A stretch of 64,000 bases of DNA, from positions 14,818,001 through 14,882,000 of the forward strand of contig CATNEN010000001.1 in NCBI GenBank assembly GCA_950097015.1, written 5' to 3'. Origin of the DNA: Macrostomum hystrix (taxonomy: Eukaryota > Animalia > Platyhelminthes). The notes beneath the pieces were generated by a model. It worked only from the letters and a program-made list of their open reading frames with translations, made no database searches and was not told the DNA's origin. The translations under genes were made by a program, and so were the position numbers. Positions 26,101 through 34,439 of the stretch are shown here, one piece after another (the stretch's first letter is position 1; the number at the start of each line of letters is the position of its first letter).

Positions 26101-29100
26101 AGAGCCGCCCATCGCGCCGCCTCCCCTGAGCAGGCACCTCACACACACAGTAGCAAGCCAAGCGGGGAAGGGGGCGGCAGCCGGAGTGCCTCTCTCCCCA
26201 GGCCCGCACACGCACAGAGCAGACCAAGCCGGGGCGGAAGGCTGATAGAAATCAGTCCTCAGGGGGGGGGGCGGGTGACGAGTGTACACTTTATCCAATC
26301 GCGCTGACGGAAATCCAGATGAGCGCGCGGCGGTGTACACCCGCCCCCCAGCCACCCCCCGCAAGGTCTAACGCCCCAGCGCCAACGCACACAACTCACA
26401 CAACGCAGAACAGGCACACAGAAAGTAGGAGCGAAGCTATTTTTCAAGCTTTGATTGCACGAAATATGGTGCACCTCCGCCGGTCGCTACTGTCCAAACC
26501 CCCCCAACAAGTACCGAAATTAATCGTGACCTGAAGGGTGAATCGAACTAGCGTCCTTTGGAGTGCGAGGCAGCGACGTTAGCCGCTGACCCCCCTCGCC
26601 CCTTGGCTGCAGGTCTAGTGTCACCAAATTATATGCCATTGCCCGCAGCCCTCCTGAAATTAACATTATTATTATTATGCCCTAGAATAATGGGTAGCAT
26701 CGAATACTCACGGCACTTGTTGACACCGCAAGCAGCGGAGCACACTGCTCTGTAGAATTTCTTCGCGCATTTGCCTTTCCGCTTCAGTTTCAGGCACAGT
26801 TCGTCTCTGAACTGGTTCTGGCCACACTTGGGCCGGCAATGACCACAGGTCAGTCGGCAGAACTTGGCCATGGCTTCCGGATAGCGTTTGCACCTGCCAT
26901 GCGCCCGCCAGCGGAGGCACTTGCTGCGCGGCATTCGGTCTAGGCAGAGCTTTTTAAGACACTTGCACTGTTTCGGCCGCACACAATGGTTGGCTTCATC
27001 CAGAACGAACCCGGAGTCGCAACGGCAGCCCTCGGCGCTGGGCAGGTGGAAGCAGCGTTTGGGCACGCCGAAGAAATGACTGCCGCAGGTGTCAGGACAG
27101 GGGCTGGCGTTGCTGGAGAAGCTCTGATTCGGACCGCACTTCAGGGCTACGGATGGGTTCAAAGGCGAATGTTTTGTACCAGAGTCACGTGCTTGGTAAA
27201 CAATGTTTCCATTCTGCTGTAAGATGCCGTTACTTCGTTAATGCTGCTCCAAAATGATCATTCTGTGAGCAGTTTCTCATTTATATCCCATGACCCTTCT
27301 GTGAGGTTGAAGAAGGGCGAGGGGGCGAGTGGATCAGCGGCTAGCGTCGCTGCCTTGCACTCCAATGGACGCTAGTTCGATTCTCCCTTCAAGTCACGAT
27401 TAATTTCGGGACTTGTTGGAGGGTTTGGACAGTAGCGACGGCGAAGGTGCACCATATTTCGTGCAATCAAAGCTTGAAATAATAGCTTCGCTCCTACCTT
27501 CTGTGTGCCTGTTCTGCGTTGTGTGAGTTGCGTGCGTTGGCGCTGGGGCGTGAGGCCTTGCGGGGGGTGGCTGGGGGGCGGGTGTACACCGCCGCGCGCT
27601 CATCTGGATTTCCGTCAGCGCGATTGGATAAGTGTACACTCATCACCCCCTGAGGACTGATTTTTTATCAGCCTGTGCGTGTGGGGCTGGGGTGGGGGGG
27701 CACTGCTGCCTATTCTGGGTGCCCTCCCCGGCTGGTCTGTGCTGCTGTGTGTGGTGCCTGCTCAGGGGAGGCGGCGCGATGGGCGCTAAGCGCCTAGTTC
27801 GCCGGTCTGGGGGCGTGCCGCTCCGTTGCTTGTGCGACAAGTGCCCGGGCCCCCCTGCAAATAGATAGATAGAGAGAGGATGAAGAAGTTGAAGTTTGTG
27901 AACTCTTCAGATACCTGAGTATTCCCAGTGCTACGCAATGCAATGCCAAATAACAATGGGGCAGAGAAATTCTTACGACAGCCGCTATTTTTCCGCCAGG
28001 CCAGAGGTCGGTGATGCTTCGCGCATCTCCGGGACTGCAGGTAGAAATTGGCGCAAAGAATTTTTCTGCGCAATCCGTCGACTTTGTGGGCGGCGCAGGC
28101 GTCATCGATGCAAGGCTGCAGAACTTCGCCATCGTTGCAACCGTGGCCATCCCGATGCGGATCCTTGATGACTCGCTGACAAGCGTTAACAGCCTCTTGT
28201 TTAGCTTCGGGGCTCTGACAGCTGCTGCCCGAATGATCACTGTGGCAACCGGCGTTTGAAAGCCAATCATCGGGATCGTCATGTCGCTGTCCGTCACAGT
28301 TGCCAGCCAGACCAGCTACCTTGCCGCGGTATTCAGCTCCTAGCCGGTAGGTGGCGGTCCATTTGCCATCGAATGCCAGCCAGAAGTTGCAGCGCTTGTG
28401 CACCAGAACTACGTCCTCTCCGGAATAGAAGACGCGGATACCGTGGTCGACGCCGTAAGGTATCGACTTGGAGTGGCCGTTCACCTGGCGGTGGACAGTT
28501 TCGTTGAGCGGTCTAAGTTTGAACTGTCTAATAACTGTACTTGTAAGAATAATTGATTACACCTGCCCCAATTGGGCCAGATGTTCAGCCGACAGCACAG
28601 CCGCAGCTATTGCGCGGCGTGTCTGAAGGCTGCGTACGGCTGTTCAGTCCATGGACTGGGTGATGCCACACCCAATTACCCCAACAAATGCTAGTACCCA
28701 TTTAACAGCTGGGTGAACTGAAGCAATGCAGAGATAAGTGTCTTGCTTATGCACACATTTTGTTCCAATGGATCCGGGTATCGAACCCTAGACCTTTTCC
28801 CAGACAATTTTGTGCTGCACCCGAACGGAGCAACGCAAGCGCACGAAACTCAGGAACACAGGCCAAATTTTGTTGCACATCTTCTGAAACAATAATCGAG
28901 TCGCCAGCTCTTCAGGCCGTCGAGATATTCAACGGTTCTGGCCTAGGTTCTGATGTTTCCCATAAGCGCTAGTGTATTTCATACACCCCTATACAGCAAT
29001 TAGCACAGCGCCTCTGTGCGGCTTTGTCAGGCCTTCACAATTTATGTCACCCGAATGTGCCTGCATCATCTCCGTCTTCGGTGATCACCTACCTTTATCT

Positions 29101-30256
29101 AGACGGACTTCGAGGACTACAAAAGGTGAAACTAGGCCACTATGGACACCCTGACTCAGTCACCACCCAACTCTGTTAGCATTCGGGCGCTGCCAAAAAA
29201 TTCAGGGTTTAAAAAAAAGGCGGCACAAAGGCTTGGTAGTCCTACTGTTTAGTCGTGAGTCCTACCCTCGAACCACAAGGCTAAAACCTCCGCTTCAGCC
29301 CTCAAAACAGAACAACGAGTTTCTAAAAAGCAAGCATTATCAGTTATTTGTGGCCTCACCGTGAGACGCCTGCCAATCAGCAGGCTGTACTCCTTGCCGT
29401 CGACCTTCACGCTAAGGCTGCTCAATTTCGACAAGCCCAGCTTTCGATGGCCGACTGCTTTGAATGAGGCCAGAATGTCGAATTTGCATTCGCCCGAGGA
29501 TCTGGTGAGCACGAGCTGCCGGCCCAGGCAGCCACCGCCGGCCGGATCCGCTGCCAGACTGCCGCCGTCAAACTGGTACACATGACCTCTGGCTCCGCCA
29601 ACGCTTGCGTAGCAGTCTGCACAGTGTGGGGAGTTGGATGGCCTGCATCAGTCACTGCCTGCCTACACATTTTACTCGTGTACCTGCCTACTCCACTGTC
29701 TACTCACTCTACTCCACTGTCTACCCAATCTACTCTATCGTCTACCCAATCAACTCTATTGTCTACCCAATCTACTCTATTGTCTATTTAACCTACTGTA
29801 CTGTCCACTCAATCAACTCAACTATCTACCGAACCTACTCAACTGTCTACCCAATCTACTCTACTGTCTACCCAATCTACTCTACTGTCTACCCAATCTA
29901 CTCAACTTTCTACCCGATCCGATCCAATCTATTGTCAACCCAATCTACTCTCGTGTCTACCCAATCTACTCTATTGTCTACCCAATATACTCTACTATCT
30001 GCCTACTATACTTAAATGCGTACCCAATCTACTGTACTGTCTATGTACTCGTAATTTACTCTTCTCTCTGACTAGTACTGTCTAATGTCTACCTACTCCA
30101 CTCCTTCACTCCTTCGCCTAAATCTACTCAATTTCCGACGCCACCAAATGTCTCACCGTGAGCAGTCACGCGGGCCGCCGAGAGTCCGAGCAGAATGATC
30201 AGCCAGAATGGAGCCGCAATCGAGAAAAAAATTTTCGGCGCTGCCATCGGCTTCAT
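5051..30256 (-). CDS. Giant secreted Cys/Arg/Lys/His-rich mucin-like protein (SP-vWD-C8-TIL-ShKT2-[Cys-rich cationic modules]n-vWA-modules-ShKT-PAN-ShKT-modules-ShKT), about 5,482 aa, 34 exons
   Basis: Exons read by eye with GT/AG ends and consistent phases: 30256-30157, 29616-29360, 28484-27977, 27146-26712, 25512-25375, 25295-25002, 24721-24320, 24245-23991, 23905-23589, 23506-22939, 22514-22248, 21734-21315, 21224-21093, 20978-20123, 20018-19099, 19009-18725, 18147-18010, 17886-16965, 16842-16535, 16270-15625, 15505-15276, 15148-14633, 14559-14257, 14140-12244, 12090-11786, 11373-11104, 10964-10836, 10747-10195, 10114-9074, 8865-8120, 7989-7437, 6978-6542, 6449-5256, 5157-5051. Sum is 16,449 nt (divisible by 3). 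Starts MKPMAAPKIFFSIAAPFWLIILLGLSAARVTAH (signal peptide) and ends ...CSKTCGRCK*. Confidence 0.85.
6165..6420 (-). CDS. PAN/apple domain (in exon 33 of the giant gene, upstream of the listed 5242..6210 ORF start)
   Basis: In-frame translation gives HCL...STFEACSRSCEASPLCRAFDYHPASSNCKLL...LLFEKTC, the PAN signature C-x3-C...C-R-A-F-D-Y...C-x-L. Confidence 0.75.
7100..7335 (+). mobile_element. Diverged SINE family A copy (intron 31 of the giant gene)
   Basis: Degenerate match to the family (GAAGGCTTGG, CACTGCCTGAC.GAAAAAGTCAGG.CAGATGTACACA). Confidence 0.6.
9074..9590 (-). CDS. vWA domain with degenerate MIDAS (part of exon 29 of the giant gene)
   Basis: ELVVAVDLHS...FLETVLRHFKYGSSKVRTTLFAYS...GKTNLHGALKAI...VKRIVLIVTRGKH...AEKIRRKARVFVIGFG...LASKP matches the vWA strand/helix pattern. 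DxSxS and TDG are replaced by DLHSP and TRG. Confidence 0.85.
11387..11720 (-). mobile_element. SINE family A copy; tail abuts the exon 26 acceptor
   Basis: (AAT)n tail at 11387-11402, body TTTGGTGACACTAGACCCGCAGCCAGCG...GTCAGGCAGTGTACACT. Confidence 0.72.
18300..18530 (+). mobile_element. Old diverged SINE family A copy
   Basis: GTCCCTGAGCTCGAATCCGCAGCGAGGC...GCAGCCGC...AAAGTCAGGGCAGAT...GTGTGCTCAGGAGTCAG. Confidence 0.5.
21873..22232 (-). mobile_element. SINE family A, full length, with 15-bp TSD
   Basis: tRNA-like head GGGGTCGGTGGCAGACCGGTTAACGCG...GTTCGATTCC. TSD GACTAAGAAACTTAC at 21858-21872 and 22233-22247. Confidence 0.88.
25572..25712 (-). mobile_element. Internally deleted SINE family A copy
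   Basis: GAGGGCTGTGGGC...GTACATCTGCCC...GCCTTCTCTCCGCGGCTGCGCC.CAAATGAATG; inverted relative to the adjacent copy at 25742. Confidence 0.65.
25742..26672 (+). mobile_element. SINE family A copy split by a family B insertion
   Basis: 5' part 25742-26023 and 3' part 26604-26672 (CTAGTGTCACCAAA...ATTATTATT) rejoin across the duplicated TGGCTGCAGGTCT. Confidence 0.82.
26024..26603 (-). mobile_element. SINE family B (tRNA-derived, about 580 bp), nested in SINE A, 13-bp TSD
   Basis: Head GGGGCGAG...GGTCAGCGGCTAACGTCG...GTTCGATTC, tail (AGTA)n, TSD TGGCTGCAGGTCT at 26011-26023 and 26604-26616. Confidence 0.85.
26712..27146 (-). CDS. TIL + two ShKT domains (exon 4 of the giant gene)
   Basis: CGPNQSFSSNASPCPDTC...EGCRCDSGFVLDEANHCVRPKQC is TIL. 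CLDRMPRSKCLRWRAHGRC...MAKFCRLTCGHC is ShKT, followed by a second ShKT-like unit ending VCSAACG. Confidence 0.88.
27316..27875 (+). mobile_element. SINE family B copy
   Basis: Reverse-complement homolog of 26024-26603, with B-box GTTCGATTC and (ATAG)n tail. Imperfect TSD GAGGTTGAAGAAG (27303-27315) / GAGGATGAAGAAG (27876-27888). Confidence 0.83.
27977..29616 (-). CDS. vWD + C8-like domain exons (exons 2-3 of the giant gene)
   Basis: DCYASVGGARGHVYQFDG (vWD start, C..G..HY.TFDG-like); FWLAFDGKWTATYRLGAEYRGKVAGLAGNCDGQRHDD (vWD GLCGNFDG..DD motif); PCIDDAC...LCANFYLQSRRC...WRKNSGC (C8-like). Confidence 0.85.
28555..28800 (-). mobile_element. CORE-like SINE (family C) copy
   Basis: Minus strand reads GGTTCGATACC...GCAAGACACTT...CAGTTCACCCAGCTGTTAAATGGGTAC. 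Related fragments occur near 16345-16465, 24850-24960 and 35905-36030. Confidence 0.6.
29685..30060. repeat. 21-bp minisatellite (CTACTCTACTGTCTACCCAAT) in intron 1 of the giant gene
   Basis: Direct tandem copies; they generate the YSTVYPI and LLYCLPN pseudo-ORFs. Confidence 0.9.
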
Positions 30257-30369
30257 TCTCGTTGGAGGCGAGAAGAATAGCCTATTGAACTAGCAGAGTT
30301 TGAGGATTGGGGAAGTCGTGCTTTAGTTCCACTGTCCGTTTCAATTGCTAGACAGATACCTGGCACTTT

Positions 30370-30410
30370 ACTGTCGAGTCCAACAGAGCAGGATCAAGTA
30401 GTTTATATAA
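30370..30410 (-). promoter_or_regulatory. TATA box and initiator-like element of the giant gene
   Basis: Minus-strand TATATAAA at 30409-30402, with ACAGT (Inr-like) about 30 nt downstream near 30374-30370, about 115 nt upstream of the ATG at 30256. Confidence 0.55.
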
Positions 30411-30987
30411 GCGAAAAATGCCGCCAAACTTGATGATGCTAGCAAAGTGAGCAGCTCATAAACTATCCCCGCAAAATTGAACTCAGACAACGCACCTGCT
30501 CAAACTCGACCCCTTTTTTGTTCTTCGCCGAGAGTTTATTAATGAAAATGAAAATGAAAAAGCTTCTGATTTGCCTAGTTTCCAAACTAGAAAGTTAATA
30601 GATTATGGCGGCGATAGTGACAGTTCAGTCACTTCACTTCTGAACTTCAGACAGTTCAGATCGAATCGAAATCATTTGCACCTGCCCTAGAATTGTAGCA
30701 ACACTGATATTTTATGAGCACAGCTGCCTTGCCCTATCCAGACCGAAAATATCTGAGTAACCAAGTTTCTGAGATTTCTTAACATTCCCTAACAGACACA
30801 TTTCTAATATCCTTTCCATATATGGCAGAACCTAAAAACAATTGTCATAAATCTAAAATATCACGGTAGGAATGGAAAAAAGTGTAGAAAGTTCCAACTG
30901 CCAGCCTACGCTTTAGAGGACGTTTTACCAGACGCCAGATGAAGAAGTGGAAAATATTGGAGTCTAACAGATGATGCCAATCCGTGA

Positions 30988-32720
30988 CACCCGTGTCTAA
31001 CAACTAACATCCGTATCTAACAACTAACATCCGTGTCTAACAACTAACATCCATGTCTAACAACTAACATCCATGTCTAGCAACTAACATCCGTGTCTAA
31101 CAGTTGACATTCATGTCTAAACAACTAACATCCGTGTCTAACAACTAACATCCGTGTCTAGCAACTAACATCCGTGTCTAACAACTAACATCCGTGTCTA
31201 ACAACTAACATCCGTGTCTAACAACTAACATCCATGTCTAACAACTAACATCCATGTCTAGCAACTAACATCCGTGTCTAACAGTTGACATTCATGTCTA
31301 AACAACTAACATCCGTGTCTAACAACTAACATCCGTGTCTAGCAACTAACATCCGTGTCTAACAACTAACATCCGTATCTAACAACTAACATCCGTGTCT
31401 AACAACTAACATCCATGTCTAACAACTAACATCCATGTCTAGCAACTAACATCCGTGTCTAACAACTAACATCCGTGTCTAACAACTAACATCCATGTCT
31501 AACAACTAACATCCATGTCTAGCAACTAACATCCGTGTCTAACAACTAACATCCATGTCTAACAACTAACATCCGTGTCTAACAACTAACATCCGTGTCT
31601 AACAACTAACATCCGTGTCTAACAGTTGACATTCATGTCTAAACAACTAACATCCGTGTCTAACAACTAACATCCATGTCTAACAACTAACATTCATGTC
31701 TAGCAACTAACATCCGTGTCTAACAACTAACATCCATGTCTAGCAACTAACATCCGTGTCTAACAACTAACATCCGTGTCTAACAACTAACATCCATGTC
31801 TAACAACTAACATCCGTGTCTAGCAACTAACATCCGTGTCTAACAACTAACAACCGTGTCTGACAACTAACATCCATGTCTAACAACTAACATCCGTGTC
31901 TAGCAACTAACATCCGTGTCTAACAACTAACATCCGTGTCTAACAACTAACAACCGTGTCTGACAACTAACATCCATGTCTAACAACTGACATGGGTGTC
32001 TAACAGTTGACATCCATGTCTAACTAACATCCGTGTCTAACAACTAACATCCGTGTTAACAACTATAACATCCATGTCTAACAACTAACATCATTTGAAA
32101 TCCGTATAACAGTTGATACATCCATGTCTACCAGTTAATACATTCATGTCTAAAAGCTAATATCCGTGTCTAACAGTTGATATCCGTGTCTAACAGTTGA
32201 AATCCGTGTCTAACAGTTGATATCCGTGTCTAACAGTTGATATCGGTGTCTAAGAGTTAAAATCGTGTCTAACAGTTGAAATCCGTGTCCAACAGTTGAT
32301 ATCCGTGTCTAACAGTTGATATCGGTGTCTAAGAGTTGAAATCCGTGTCTAACAGTTGATATCCGTGTCTAACAGTTGATATCCGTGTCTAACAGTTGAT
32401 ATCCGTGTCTAACAGTCGATATCGGTGTCTAACAGTTGATATCGGTGTCTAACAGTTGAAATCCTTGTCTGAGAGTTGAAATCCGTGTCTAACAGTCGAT
32501 ATCGGTGTCTAACAGTTGATATCGGTGTCTAACAGTTGAAATCCTTGTCTGAGAGTTGAAATCCGTGTCTAAGAGTTAAAATCCGTGTCTAACAGTTGAT
32601 ATCCGTGTCTAACAGGTGATATCCGTGTCTAACAGTTGATTTCTGTGTCTAACAGTTGATTTCTGTGTCTAGCAGTTGATATCCATGTCTAACAGCTGAC
32701 ATCCATGTCTAACATTCGTG
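30988..32720. repeat. 20-bp minisatellite (CATCCGTGTCTAACAACTAA grading into TATCCGTGTCTAACAGTTGA)
   Basis: About 85 tandem units, intergenic. Confidence 0.95.
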
Positions 32721-33271
32721 TGTAACAGATGGAAGTTATGTCTGATAAAAACCTTGTCTAACAAAGAAAAAAACCGAAGACATTGTTGACTAAACAATTT
32801 TTTCTATCAAACAATCGGTAGAAAAATTTGAGCTAAAATTAGTTGAGTGACAATGATTAAAACTAAATCGTTTTAACTCTTTTTTATTAGATAATTGAAA
32901 ATAAAAGTAGGAAAATAAATATTCGCACTTATAAAAATAGATTGACAGGGCACTGGGATAAATGACAGCTGGACAAATTACAGAATGCATTTGTTTCAAT
33001 CTTCGATTGCACAGATACAGACAAATGAAATACTTGTCAGTTTTCAAGCAAACGGAAAGTACAATTTCTAACAATGACTACTTATTAGCAATACAAGCCA
33101 GATTTACTTCCATGGAAAAGAGAATTTGCTGTTAGAAAAAATGCGGCATAAATTTTGTTTGATAGGTAAAATAATAAGAGAAAAAAGTAACAAAAAATTG
33201 CAATCAAAATAAGGGCCAGACTGGTTATACATTTGAACAGAATAGTAAGTAAATTAGTACTAGCAATGAAA

Positions 33272-34272
33272 TGTGTGTCTAACACCTTTGATACTCTGTT
33301 CTAACAGCTAGCAGTAGTGTGTCTAACACCTTTGATACTCTGTTCTAACAGCTAGCAGTAGTGTGTCTAACACCTGTGATAATATGTTCTAACAGCTAGC
33401 ACCAGTGTGTCTAACACCTTTGATAATATGTTCTAACAGCTAGCACCAGTGTGTCTAACACCTTTGATACTCTGTTCTAACAGCTAGCAGTAGTGTGTCT
33501 AACACCTTTGATAATATGTTCTAACAGCTAGCAGTAGTGTGTCTAACACCTTTGATAATATGTTCTAACAGCTAGCACCAGTGTGTCTAACACCTGTGAT
33601 AATATGTTCTAACAGCTAGCACCAGTGTGTCTAACACCTGTGATAATATGTTCTAACAGCTAGCACCAGTGTGTCTAACACCTTTGATAATATGTTCTAA
33701 CAGCTAGCACCAGTGTGTCTAACACCTTTGATAATATGTTCTAACAGCTAGCACCAGTGTGTCTAACACCTTTGATAATCTGTTCCAACAGCTAGCAGTA
33801 GTGTGTCTAACACCTGTGATAATATGTTCTAACAGCTAGCACCAGTGTGTCTAACACCTTTGATAATATGTTCTAACAGCTAGCACCAGTGTGTCTAACA
33901 CCTTTGATACTCTGTTCTAACAGCTAGCACCAGAGTGTCTAACACCTTTGATAATCTGTTCCAACAGCTAGCAGTAGTGTGTCTAACACCTTTGATAATC
34001 TGTTCCAACAGCTAGCAGTAGTGTGTCTAACACCTTTGATAATATGTTCTAACAGCTAGCAGTAGTGTGTCTAACACCTTTGATAATATGTTCTAACAGC
34101 TAGCAGTAGTGTGTCTAACACCTTTGATAATATGTTCTAACAGCTAGCAGTAGTGTGTCTAACACAATTGATAATATGTTCTAACAGCTAGCAGTAGTGT
34201 GTCTAACACCTTTGATAATATGTTCTAACAGCTAGCAGTAGTGTGTCTAACACCTTTGATAATATGTTCTAA
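33272..34272. repeat. 44-bp minisatellite (GTGTGTCTAACACCTTTGATAATATGTTCTAACAGCTAGCAGTA)
   Basis: About 23 tandem units just downstream of the kinesin stop codon. Confidence 0.95.
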
Positions 34273-34439
34273 GCCTGAAATGTTTAATGTTTAACTGAAA
34301 CAAATGAAGAATTGAAAATCGATTCATTCATTGTAATACACTAAAAACGAAAATAGGATTACGAAATGACTAAATCGGTAGCACAAAAGCCTAAATCTGT
34401 TCGTGGTCCGCACAAAAATCTACCCAGTTAGCTAGAAGA

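Noticed and set aside
29605-30071. YSTVYPI and LLYCLPN repeat ORFs
   Set aside because: Products of the 21-bp intronic minisatellite on the non-coding strand.
5051-30256. Identification as Mlig-ap1 or Mlig-ap2
   Set aside because: The size is similar to ap1 as I recall it, but I see no C-type lectin, EGF array or low-complexity KR repeats (ap1) and no near-identical long repeats (ap2). No symbol assigned without a search.
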